From: Bacteroidota bacterium
GTDB lineage: Bacteria > Bacteroidota > Bacteroidia > Flavobacteriales > Flavobacteriaceae
Length of the DNA stretch: 64,000 nucleotides
Direction of reading: 5' to 3'
Assembly (NCBI GenBank): GCA_031431275.1
Contig: JANPDC010000156.1
Location: forward strand, 28,345 to 92,344
The notes below the pieces were generated by a model, which worked only from the letters and a program-made list of their open reading frames with translations, had not been told where the DNA came from and did not search any database. A program made the position numbers and the translations under genes. Below, piece by piece: positions 19,173-28,371 of the stretch; position 1 is the first letter of the stretch, and every line of letters starts with the position of its first letter.

Positions 19173-20855
19173 TTAATTATTGATATTGAAAATTTGTTCT
19201 AATATTTTAATTGTGATCAAATACGTTGGTTTTACACCTGTTGTTCCTAATCCGCCAGAAGCCAAAGTGCTTCCAGTTTCTAATGGATTATCCGATGCGT
19301 AATAGGCATAACGGACTTTTACATTTGGATTAATACTTTTACGTATTTTTGATGCTGATTGAATTGCTTTTTGATAATAACTTCCTTCCATTTCAAGACC
19401 AATGGCTCCCCAAGTTGATTCGTGGAAAAACTTCAATAAATCTCGATTTTGCAACGATGTTCCAAAAACCGTAACCATTGTTCCTGCTATTACAGGAATG
19501 TCATTTCCTTTGAACATGTCTGCAGTTAATTCGTTATGAAACGTATAATTATCGGCGGTTCCTTCATTGATGTGTGCACTTGGAATCATGATGTCGCCTT
19601 TTCCGCCTTCGAGGATTCCTGCTTTACCCATTATTGAAACTGATTCTACGTTTATAAAAACTTCTTTTTTATAAGGTTTTAATAATTCGTCAATGGTTTC
19701 GTAAGCCTGTTCACCAAAAGCATAATCCATGACGATTATAACTGGTGGTTTGTCTCCAACTTTTGCTTTTGTGAAAGATGTTTTTGACCAATCAATTTTG
19801 GCTGTATCAAAAATTTGAACATCAATATTAGTTCCTGAACTGTCTGGCAAAGAAAACATTCCGTGTTTCAATGCAACTTCTTCTACTTTATCTCGAACAT
19901 CGTGAGCACCAGATTTGCTTAGTTCTTCATAAATAAAGAAATCTGATTTGTCTTTGAACTTTGTTTTCAACACATTCGTTGCGAAAATTGAATTCATAAC
20001 TGAATGCATATTCGCTGAAATAACGTGAATTGGTCGATCAAAAAGATTATTTTCTTCTAAAACTTTCTTGATATTATTTGCCCAAATTTCACCATGAATG
20101 TGATGGCCTAATCGTTCTCTAAGAATTGGAGAAAAAGTGATTGTTCGTTTGTTATTGTCTAAAACTTCTTCTAGTGCTAATTTCCCTAACCAATATATTA
20201 TATGTAAAAAACGATCTGGTTGACTCGTGTTTCCAAATGCATCATAAATGTCTAAAACCTCCGAAAAAGTTCTTCCTAAAATATTTGCTGTGTGAGAAAT
20301 CGCTTTTTCTTTTTCAACTAATGTTAACTTTTTAGTCAACAATGCAAATTGCTCGAGTTTTTCCCAATCGCGTGAAACTTTTCCTTCGTCGTCAATTAAA
20401 ACTCGGTTTTTAATTTTATGTGATTCGATAAAAATAAAGGTCAAATGTGTCAAAATATCATAAATGTCTGATCGACCACGAGTGATTTCGATGTTCATTT
20501 GCTCATCGTCAATTCGGTAACAATTTCGACGACGTTTTGGTGGAACAATTGCTTGAAAGTGAGATTTTGAATATCCTTCGTCTGATGTTAAATTAATATA
20601 TCTACATTCTTCAATTCCAACAGGAAGTCTTTCTATGACATATAATAACCCTGATAACTCAACTTTTTCTTCAGCGATACTTCCATAAATTTCTGGTCGT
20701 AATGACAACAATGCTTCGCGCAATGTTTCTCCTGAAACACCCATTGGTTTATAAAAACCTCGGTTAAAAAGGTGTCGCATTGTGATATATAATTTCTCGA
20801 TTGCAGCTGAGGATTCTTGAGCTCGCGAACGAGATATGTATTTAGTTTCTTTCAT
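19173..20855 (-). CDS. Conserved 560-aa protein; the C-terminal third resembles the nucleoside phosphorylase / AMP nucleosidase (PNP_UDP) fold
   Basis: C-terminal pattern IVMDYAFGEQA...MGKAGIL...GDIMIPSAHINEGTADNY...IGLEMEGSYY resembles phosphorylase-I family motifs. The N-terminal ~370 aa are unassigned. Confidence 0.5.
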   Translation of the reverse strand: MKETKYISRSRAQESSAAIEKLYITMRHLFNRGFYKPMGVSGETLREALLSLRPEIYGSIAEEKVELSGLLYVIERLPVGIEECRYINLTSDEGYSKSHFQAIVPPKRRRNCYRIDDEQMNIEITRGRSDIYDILTHLTFIFIESHKIKNRVLIDDEGKVSRDWEKLEQFALLTKKLTLVEKEKAISHTANILGRTFSEVLDIYDAFGNTSQPDRFLHIIYWLGKLALEEVLDNNKRTITFSPILRERLGHHIHGEIWANNIKKVLEENNLFDRPIHVISANMHSVMNSIFATNVLKTKFKDKSDFFIYEELSKSGAHDVRDKVEEVALKHGMFSLPDSSGTNIDVQIFDTAKIDWSKTSFTKAKVGDKPPVIIVMDYAFGEQAYETIDELLKPYKKEVFINVESVSIMGKAGILEGGKGDIMIPSAHINEGTADNYTFHNELTADMFKGNDIPVIAGTMVTVFGTSLQNRDLLKFFHESTWGAIGLEMEGSYYQKAIQSASKIRKSINPNVKVRYAYYASDNPLETGSTLASGGLGTTGVKPTYLITIKILEQIFNINN

Positions 20856-20981
20856 TTAAAATTTATTATTTTATTTTTTAGGTCAAATGTAATTTTCAAA
20901 AAACACTTTTTAACGATAAGAATTTTATCTAAAGATTTTCTTTTTTTTATTTACAACCTGCAAATATAGGTATTTTATGGT

Positions 20982-21848
20982 TTAGTTGGTTAAAATCAAT
21001 TTTATTGCTGGTTCAAAAATCATCATTTTACTATTGGAATTAGCGGTTTGTTTATTCCATTTTCCGCCAGAAAAGATAAATTGAAACTCGCTTTCCACTC
21101 GATTATACATTGCAAAAGGATAGTAGGTAAACTGTTGTTTTGAAGTTTTTGTTTCTGTATTTATAATTGTTTTCTCTGATTTGTTTTTTTCTATTATTAA
21201 TTTCTCAAAACCAACAAAAAGTCCTTTTAAAGGCATTGTTAAACTCAATTCTGTGATATCAAAAATTGTATTGATAGTTCCTTTTTTTACAGTTACTATA
21301 AAATCTTTTTTCAACATTTCTTCGCCAGGGAAACCATTGATATCCACTTTATAAAAATGAATTTTAATAGTAGCATTATCAATTCTACTGTCTGTGTAAA
21401 TAGTTATGTATTTTATAAATTTTGTTTTCTTGTAAATAGGAAGATTTGGGAAAAATTTAATGTCAATTCTAGGTCCATTATCAAATGCTTGACAAATTTG
21501 ATTTTTAGTTTCACCTATTACTTTTTCCTTTGTTTCAAATCTTTTAGCGATTATAACCTCATCTAATTGAAATTCTTTTAATTTTAGTTTGACCTCAAAC
21601 GATTCTGATGCTTTGACAGTTTTCTTTTCGTAACCTAAAGCCGAAAAAATTAAATTCTTGTTTTTATCAGATAAATTGATCTTGAATTCGCCATTTTCTT
21701 CAGATGTTGATCCACTATTTTCATTTTCAACTGCAATGTTCACAAACGAAATTGGTTGGTTTTTTTCGTCAATAACTTTTCCTTTTATTTGAGAAAAGAG
21801 AGAAATGCTAAAAAAAAGCATTGATATTAAAAATCTTTTTTCTAGCAT
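20982..21848 (-). CDS. Secreted protein with an N-terminal carboxypeptidase-regulatory-like domain
   Basis: Signal peptide, then IKGKVIDEKNQPISFVNIAV...SALGYE. Confidence 0.6.
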   Translation of the reverse strand: MLEKRFLISMLFFSISLFSQIKGKVIDEKNQPISFVNIAVENENSGSTSEENGEFKINLSDKNKNLIFSALGYEKKTVKASESFEVKLKLKEFQLDEVIIAKRFETKEKVIGETKNQICQAFDNGPRIDIKFFPNLPIYKKTKFIKYITIYTDSRIDNATIKIHFYKVDINGFPGEEMLKKDFIVTVKKGTINTIFDITELSLTMPLKGLFVGFEKLIIEKNKSEKTIINTETKTSKQQFTYYPFAMYNRVESEFQFIFSGGKWNKQTANSNSKMMIFEPAIKLILTN

Positions 21849-21855
21849 TTTAATC

Positions 21856-23343
21856 CTATTCTGTTTTTAATTCATCCACAATTTTTCTGTCATTAGAAAG
21901 TCTAGGAACTTTATTTTGACCGCCCAATTTCCCAATCGACTTCATATAATCTTGAAATCCATTTTTAGGAACTTTTGTGATAACTAAATTTTTCAAAACT
22001 TTACCAACTACCAAATCGTCGTAATAAATGTTTTGTTTACGCATTTCATCATTAATCAATAATGCGAATTTTTGAATATCAAGGGGTTCTTTTTCGAATT
22101 CAATAAACCATTCGTGATAGGGCAAACCAGAAATTGGTGTGATTTGAGGTGCTACAGTAAATTCATTTATCGAAATGTTGGTATTTAACATGGCTTCTTT
22201 GATAGCAAATTCAACTTCTTTGCCAATTACGTGCTCTCCAAAAGCCGAAATATAATGTTTGATTCTACCTGAAACTATCACTCGATAGGGTTTTAATGAC
22301 GTGAATTGTACTGTATCGCCAATATTATATGCCCAAAGTCCCGCATTCGTGGAAATTATCAAAACATAATTCACATTTAGTTCCACTTCGCCAACTGTGT
22401 AACGTTTAGGACTATCAGAGAAAAATTCTTCTGATTTTATGAATTCGTAAAAAATTCCCGAATTTAATAGTAACAACATTCCTTTTTCTTTTTGAGAATC
22501 TTGGTAAGCAAAAAATCCTTCTGATGCTGGAAAAAGTTCAATGGAATCTACTTTTCTGCCAATTATGTTTTCAAATTTAGCGCGATAGGGTTCAAAATTT
22601 ACGCCACCATAAATAAATAGATTAAAGTTTTTGAACAATTCTCCAACTGGTTTTTTGGTTTTGATTTGTAATTTTTCAAAATACATCTGAACCCAAGAAG
22701 GAATTCCAGAAATCACTGTCATATTCTGATCAAACGTTTCTTCGACAACCGCATTTACTTTTGTTTCCCAATCTTCAATGCAATTTGTTTCCCAACTTGG
22801 CATTCGGTTTTTTTGTAAATATTTTGGAATAAAGTGTGCTACAATTCCTGATAATCTGCCAATTTTAATTCCGTTTTTTTCTTCCAATATTGGACTTCCT
22901 TGTAAAAAAATCATTTTTCCATCAACAAAAGCAGATTTTTTTGTCTCATGAATATACAACAAAATCGCTGTTCTTGCCGCTTGAATATGAGTTGGCATTG
23001 ATTCTTTAGTCAAAGGGATGTACTTGGCGCCAGAAGTTGTTCCAGATGTTTTAGCAAAATAAATTGGTTTCCCGTTCCAAAGAATGTCTTTTTCACCAGC
23101 CACAACTCGATCAACATAGGGTCTCAAAGCTTCATAATCTCGAATCGGAACTCGTTTTTGAAACTCATCATAAGTTGTTATTTCAGAAAAAAAATGATCT
23201 TTACCAAACTCAGTGTTTTTTGCTTGACGAACCAAATCCAAAAAAACTTTTTGTTGAGTTGCTATGGGATTATTCGACCAAAGTTGCGTTTGATTATAAA
23301 CCCGCCTGGCATAAATTTTAGATAAAAAAGTTTTTAAAGACAT
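21856..23343 (-). CDS. GH3 auxin-responsive-promoter family protein (acyl-adenylate-forming fold)
   Basis: Typical Bacteroidota GH3 N-terminus (NPIATQQKVFLDLVRQAKNTEFGKDH), SGTTSGAKYIP, and length. Confidence 0.85.
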   Translation of the reverse strand: MSLKTFLSKIYARRVYNQTQLWSNNPIATQQKVFLDLVRQAKNTEFGKDHFFSEITTYDEFQKRVPIRDYEALRPYVDRVVAGEKDILWNGKPIYFAKTSGTTSGAKYIPLTKESMPTHIQAARTAILLYIHETKKSAFVDGKMIFLQGSPILEEKNGIKIGRLSGIVAHFIPKYLQKNRMPSWETNCIEDWETKVNAVVEETFDQNMTVISGIPSWVQMYFEKLQIKTKKPVGELFKNFNLFIYGGVNFEPYRAKFENIIGRKVDSIELFPASEGFFAYQDSQKEKGMLLLLNSGIFYEFIKSEEFFSDSPKRYTVGEVELNVNYVLIISTNAGLWAYNIGDTVQFTSLKPYRVIVSGRIKHYISAFGEHVIGKEVEFAIKEAMLNTNISINEFTVAPQITPISGLPYHEWFIEFEKEPLDIQKFALLINDEMRKQNIYYDDLVVGKVLKNLVITKVPKNGFQDYMKSIGKLGGQNKVPRLSNDRKIVDELKTE

Positions 23344-23408
23344 TTTGAAATTTAAAGAATTTGGAATTGGGATTCTAGAATTTTGTTCAACTCTAACAGT
23401 TTTTAGAA

Positions 23409-23912
23409 TTATTTAGTTTTACTTTTATTTGGTTTTGGATTTGCAAGTTTCTCCTCTTCTGATAGTAAGTTTCTTAATTTAGTATCAGCATCATTTTTTT
23501 GAACGTCGTTTATTTGAGGAACTTCCGTTTTTGAGGCTAAAATTGAATCTTTATTGACTTTTTGATGTTCTAAATCTCCATTCAAAACTTTAACGACTGA
23601 TTGCAAATAAGCCTCATTTTTCTTTAGAGCATTTGATAATGAATCTGATTTTAAAGCCAAGTCAATGGCATTTTGCCTCAATCCTGATGAAGCATAGCCT
23701 GGAATATATTCTCGAAGCGGAGTAAAAGCTATTAAAAAAGTAGTCATTGTTATGATGATTACTGTTCCTAATGAGGCAAATACAAAAACATTCATTAGAT
23801 TTAATTTTAATGAAAATGTTTCCTCAAATGTATCTTCATTGAGAATTATTAAACGTCTTTTTGTAAAGAGTTTTTTTTTTAGTTTTTGTCGTTTGAGTTG
23901 CTTTTTAGACAT
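23409..23912 (-). CDS. Membrane-anchored coiled-coil protein resembling only the N-terminal part of Flavobacteriia M23 peptidases
   Basis: Basic N-terminus, one TM helix (VFVFASLGTVIIITMTTFLIAF) and a helical region. It ends at 167 aa with no LytM/M23 motifs. Confidence 0.45.
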   Translation of the reverse strand: MSKKQLKRQKLKKKLFTKRRLIILNEDTFEETFSLKLNLMNVFVFASLGTVIIITMTTFLIAFTPLREYIPGYASSGLRQNAIDLALKSDSLSNALKKNEAYLQSVVKVLNGDLEHQKVNKDSILASKTEVPQINDVQKNDADTKLRNLLSEEEKLANPKPNKSKTK

Positions 23913-24008
23913 TTTAACTGTTTAATATCACAAATATATAAATTTATAACAGTTTTATGAATGATATATTTTTTTGTTGTTATATTTGTAGCATTAAATC
24001 ATACTAAA

Positions 24009-24203
24009 ATGAAAGCACTTACAATATTTTTAGGAGAAGTTGGTCCAATGCAAATTATTTTGGTTTTGGCGATTATTTTATTGCTTTTTGGTGGTAAAAA
24101 AATTCCAGAATTAATGCGTGGTTTGGGTAGTGGCGTTAAAGAATTCAAAAACGCAGCTAAAGGCGATGAGTCTACTGATAAAAAAGAAGAAGAAAAAAAA
24201 TAA
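24009..24203 (+). CDS. tatA: Twin-arginine translocase subunit TatA/E
   Basis: [34 protein letters not shown] chose the internal ATG at 24009 over the longer ORF start at 23961. Confidence 0.9.
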   Translation: MKALTIFLGEVGPMQIILVLAIILLLFGGKKIPELMRGLGSGVKEFKNAAKGDESTDKKEEEKK

Positions 24204-24230
24204 ATTAAATTTTAATTGTTATTATTATAT

Positions 24231-24266
24231 CCCAAATTCTAAAACTTTTAGAATTTGGGATTTTTT
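24231..24266 (+). terminator. Rho-independent terminator of tatA
   Basis: cccaaattctaaaa / ttttagaatttggg inverted repeat followed by a T6 run. Confidence 0.75.
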
Positions 24267-24370
24267 AGTAAAATTACTGTCATAATATCCTTATTTTAAA
24301 AACAAATATTTGAAAGTAGTAATCTAAAAAAACTATCCTATATTTGTTTTAACAAGAATTAAAACCCTTT

Positions 24371-27142
24371 ATGTCAAAAATCAACATAGTAATTACAATA
24401 TTATTCCTTTCTTTTTCCACTTTCTCCCAAAAATCTAAACTTACTGGAATTGTTGCTGATAGTGAAAAAATACCTGTTTATAATTCCGTAGTAGCGTTGT
24501 TAACTCCAAAGGATTCTATTTTATACAAATTTGTTCGTTCAGATAAAGATGGGAAATTTGAAATTAAAAATTTAAAATCAGGAAAGTTTATTTTAATGAC
24601 TTCTCACAGTCAATACGCAGATTATACTGATGAAATTTCGATTGAAGAAAACCAAACTAAAATAGAAAACATTGCTTTAATTAGCAAAAGTAAATTATTA
24701 CAAGAAGTAATTATTAAAACGGGTTCTATAAGAATTAAAGGCGACACAACTAGTTACAGAGCCAGCGATTTTAAAGTTGGCGCCAATGCAAATGTGGAAG
24801 AGTTACTCAAGAAACTTCCAGGAATTCAAGTTGATAAAAACGGAGAAATAAAAGCCATGGGAGAAACTGTTAAGAAAGTTTTGGTCGATGGCGAAGAGTT
24901 TTTTGGTGACGATCCTGGCATGGCAGTAAAAAATTTAAGAGCCGATGCAGTTAAAGAAGTTCAGGTTTTTGACAAAAAAAGCGACCAAGCAGAGTTTACG
25001 GGTATAGATGATGGCAATAATCAAAAAACCATCAATCTTAAACTAAAAGACGATAAAAAGAAAGGTTATTTTGGTAAATTGGATTTAGCCAATGGACCAT
25101 TAACCGAAATAGATTCAAGATACAACAGCAATTTACTAATTAGTTCTTTCAAAGGAAAAAGAAAAATTTCTGGCTTTTTGCTTAATGGAAATACTGGTCA
25201 AGACGGATTAGATTGGCAAGATAATGACAAGTTTGGTGGCGGAAATGAAAATGTTTCTATGAATATGGATGACGATGGAAATGTAAATTACCAATGGACT
25301 GGTGGCAATAATGATGATGAACCGCAAGTTGATACTCAGAATGGATTTATAAAAAACACTAATGCTGGCTTGCAATACAGCAATAAATGGAATGACAAGC
25401 ACAATTTGAACCTAACGCCAAAATACAACAATCAAATTTACACTAACAACAACAGAAGTTCAAATAAAACTCCATTTGGAATCACACAAATCAACGAAAA
25501 CACTAATAAAGTTAGTAACATTTTTCGAAGTAATTTCAAATTAAATGCTGTATATGATGTGAAGTTAGATACTATGAATTCACTGAAAATTACCACAAAG
25601 GCTAATTTTTATAATACAGAAAGTAGTGAATTTACAGATGGTAAAACGACAGATGAAAATGATATTCTAAAAAACAAACGTCAGATAAACACAAGTTCTG
25701 ATATTGATAAAAAAAGTTATTTTGCTAGCTTTTTATACAAACATAAATTCAAAAAAGCACGACGTACATTGGCTGTAAATTATACTTTTAATTCGCTAAA
25801 TAGCAATACGACAAATGTTTTAAAATCAGAAAATGAAAGTTATAATTTAGGTGTTTTATCAAATACTATAAACCTGAACCAAAATAGAATTGGTGAAAAA
25901 GTAAATAATAACAATAGTGTTAATTTGACTTATTCTGAACCGTTAACGAAGAAATTTACACTTCAAATAGGCTATGAAATCAATCGTAATCAAGGAAAAA
26001 ACAATCAATTGACTTATGATTTTAATCCAGTTTCAAATAATTATGATGTTTTAGCAAACGATTTATCTAACCAATTCAAACAAACAATTACAGTTCATAA
26101 ACCAAATGTAAAATTAAATTATACCGCAAAAAAAATCAATTTTAGTATTGGCAATGGACTTGGTTTTACAAGTTTTGACTTACTGGATCAAACTTTAAAC
26201 AAACAATACAATCGCAATTTTACCAATATTTTTCCATCGGCAAATTTTAATTATAAATACAAAAGCAATTCAAACTTGCAAATTAGTTACAACGGTGCAA
26301 CAAAACAGCCAACAATTGACCAATTGCAACCTTTGCGAAATAATCAAGATTTTTTCAATCAAGTAATTGGAAATCCAGATTTGAAACAATCGTTTTCGAA
26401 CAACATCAATATTTCTCAAAACAGTTACAATGTTTTATCAGATTCCTATATCTATCAAAGCATAAATTTTAGAACAACAAGCAATTTAATTTCATTCAAT
26501 CGAGATATTGATTTAGAAAACGCCAAAACAATAACAAAGCCAATCAATACAAATGGTAATTTTTCGGGTAGTTATTATTTAGGATATGGTTTTAAAATAC
26601 CAAAAATAGATTTGCGAATAAACCTAAATCCGTCAATAAATTTTAGTAAATCAAAGAATAGCATCAATAATATTGAAAACACTTCGACCAATATAAATTC
26701 TAGTTTTGGAATAAACCTTTCTAAAGAAAAGGAAAAAGTATACAATTTTTCGATAAGTAATGATTTTTCGAACAGTAGAAATTCAACAAGTCAAAATAGC
26801 GAAATAAAATCATTTAACACTAACAATTTGAGTCTAGAAATTGGAGTTTTTATTAAAGAAAAATGGAAGATATCGACTGATTATAATTTATTTATACGTC
26901 AAAAAACAGCCGATTTTCAAGACAATTTAACCAATCAATTGTGGAATGCTAGGTTGCAACGCACCTTTAGAAATGATGAATTCACGGCTTATGTTTTAGT
27001 TAGAGATATTCTGAATCAGAATATTGGAATACGACGTTTTAATTTCGAAAACACAATTGCCGAAGTACAAAATGATAGACTAAAAAGATATGCTATGATT
27101 GGCTTCACGTGGAACTTTAAAAATAAAGGCAATGTCAAATAA
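24371..27142 (+). CDS. Outer-membrane beta-barrel protein, TonB-dependent-receptor-like, with an N-terminal CarboxypepD_reg domain
   Basis: Signal peptide, LTGIVADSEK...VVALL, and a plug-like VEELLKKLPGIQVDKNGEIKAMGE. Long N/S/T-rich beta-strand region that ends in an aromatic-rich strand. Confidence 0.8.
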   Translation: MSKINIVITILFLSFSTFSQKSKLTGIVADSEKIPVYNSVVALLTPKDSILYKFVRSDKDGKFEIKNLKSGKFILMTSHSQYADYTDEISIEENQTKIENIALISKSKLLQEVIIKTGSIRIKGDTTSYRASDFKVGANANVEELLKKLPGIQVDKNGEIKAMGETVKKVLVDGEEFFGDDPGMAVKNLRADAVKEVQVFDKKSDQAEFTGIDDGNNQKTINLKLKDDKKKGYFGKLDLANGPLTEIDSRYNSNLLISSFKGKRKISGFLLNGNTGQDGLDWQDNDKFGGGNENVSMNMDDDGNVNYQWTGGNNDDEPQVDTQNGFIKNTNAGLQYSNKWNDKHNLNLTPKYNNQIYTNNNRSSNKTPFGITQINENTNKVSNIFRSNFKLNAVYDVKLDTMNSLKITTKANFYNTESSEFTDGKTTDENDILKNKRQINTSSDIDKKSYFASFLYKHKFKKARRTLAVNYTFNSLNSNTTNVLKSENESYNLGVLSNTINLNQNRIGEKVNNNNSVNLTYSEPLTKKFTLQIGYEINRNQGKNNQLTYDFNPVSNNYDVLANDLSNQFKQTITVHKPNVKLNYTAKKINFSIGNGLGFTSFDLLDQTLNKQYNRNFTNIFPSANFNYKYKSNSNLQISYNGATKQPTIDQLQPLRNNQDFFNQVIGNPDLKQSFSNNINISQNSYNVLSDSYIYQSINFRTTSNLISFNRDIDLENAKTITKPINTNGNFSGSYYLGYGFKIPKIDLRINLNPSINFSKSKNSINNIENTSTNINSSFGINLSKEKEKVYNFSISNDFSNSRNSTSQNSEIKSFNTNNLSLEIGVFIKEKWKISTDYNLFIRQKTADFQDNLTNQLWNARLQRTFRNDEFTAYVLVRDILNQNIGIRRFNFENTIAEVQNDRLKRYAMIGFTWNFKNKGNVK

Positions 27143-27164
27143 AAATTTCAAAAAATTAAATATC

Positions 27165-27923
27165 ATGAAACAATTACTTTTCATATTTGCATTAACGTGT
27201 TTTAAAACTCCTTTATTCTCTCAACAATTTATTGAGAAAGCCACAATTGAATTTGAAGTAACGACCAATTTAAAAAAATCTATGAGCAACGATAGTTGGG
27301 CAGAAAAAATGAAAGATAACATGTCTGATTTAAAAATATCTTATTACAACTATTCATTTGCAAACAACAAAAGCATTTATAAGTTTGAACGTTGGAGTCC
27401 AAAAACTAAAATTGCAAAGTACGAAAAAGACGAAGATGAAGAGAATATTTGGTTTTATGATTTTACTTCAAAAACGATGAATAGCCAAAAACAAATTGCA
27501 GGTACCGCCTTTGTGATGAACGACAGTATTGGCAATATAGAATGGAAAATTACCAACGAAAATCGAGAAATTGCAGGTTATAATTGCCGCAAAGCGGTAG
27601 GCAAAATATTTGATGATGTTTATGTTTTTGCTTTTTATACAGACGATATTACTATTTCTGGCGGACCATGCTCCATAAACGGTTTACCTGGAATGATTCT
27701 AGGACTCACAATACCAAGATTATACACGTCGTTTATTGCTACAAAAGTAACTACATCAATAATTAGCGATGATATAAAACCAGTACTGGCTAAAAAAACA
27801 TATAATTCTAAAGAATTAAAAACAACCTTAACCGAAACCACCAAAGATTGGTTTAGTTGGGGCGATGACAAAGAGGAAAACAAACGGCAAAAAAACCTTT
27901 TCTTTTGGAACGCTTTTTTATAG
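27165..27923 (+). CDS. GLPGLI family protein
   Basis: Signal peptide from the internal ATG (MKQLLFIFAL), the motif INGLPGMILGL, and the usual pairing with the preceding barrel protein. Confidence 0.85.
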   Translation: MKQLLFIFALTCFKTPLFSQQFIEKATIEFEVTTNLKKSMSNDSWAEKMKDNMSDLKISYYNYSFANNKSIYKFERWSPKTKIAKYEKDEDEENIWFYDFTSKTMNSQKQIAGTAFVMNDSIGNIEWKITNENREIAGYNCRKAVGKIFDDVYVFAFYTDDITISGGPCSINGLPGMILGLTIPRLYTSFIATKVTTSIISDDIKPVLAKKTYNSKELKTTLTETTKDWFSWGDDKEENKRQKNLFFWNAFL

Positions 27924-27945
27924 TTTTATAACTTCTTGAATGATA

Positions 27946-28251
27946 TCAAGAGTTCCATAAGTTCGGGAACAACTGTTTGTGTTTGTAACATCTAAATTCT
28001 TGTTTGTTAATATTAAAAATTGCAGATAAATAAGAAAGTGTAACAGCATCTAAACTTCTTAAATTTAACGAAACCTCTTTTATAGTTTCTAATCCATAAA
28101 ATTCATTTAGCATTTTCCAATCTTGCCAGTTTCCATATTCTAATACTTTAGCAATAAACTGAACATTATATTTTTTTAAGTCAAAATTATCTTTATCCAC
28201 ATCCCAAAAAAGATGTTTAGAAAAGTCGTTAATAGTGATTTCTTTGTTCAT
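27946..28251 (-). CDS. Small DUF6922-like protein, of the kind usually found with AbiEii-type nucleotidyltransferase toxins; here without a partner
   Basis: Pattern LFWDVD...(Y).F.I.KVLEYGN..DW..L...YG...IKE......R.LD..TLS.L...F.I....FRCY, as I recall it for that family. No toxin gene is adjacent. Confidence 0.45.
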   Translation of the reverse strand: MNKEITINDFSKHLFWDVDKDNFDLKKYNVQFIAKVLEYGNWQDWKMLNEFYGLETIKEVSLNLRSLDAVTLSYLSAIFNINKQEFRCYKHKQLFPNLWNS

Positions 28252-28256
28252 AGTTA

Positions 28257-28371
28257 CAAAAATACAAAATTTCTACAAAACCATCGTCAACTGAATTCGT
28301 TTTCTATCTTCGTCAACCTCAACTACTTTTACGGTAACGTGTTGGTGGAGTTTTACAACTTCGTTTACATC
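28257..28371. repeat. Left direct repeat: displaced copy of the tex 3' end (last ~32 codons, stop, and 16 bp)
   Basis: Hand alignment to 31369-31483 at an offset of 3112. It is identical over 28257-28359, then shows 2 mismatches in the last 12 nt. Confidence 0.95.

Noticed and set aside
23961-24008. N-terminal extensions from the longest-ORF calls (tatA 23961; GLPGLI 27099; GIN-domain 39197; 44786 TTG; gltX 49020; fic 49975; ompH 58400)
   Set aside because: Internal ATGs immediately precede canonical signal peptides or conserved N-termini. The fic and gltX extensions run into the repeat elements. I used the shorter starts.
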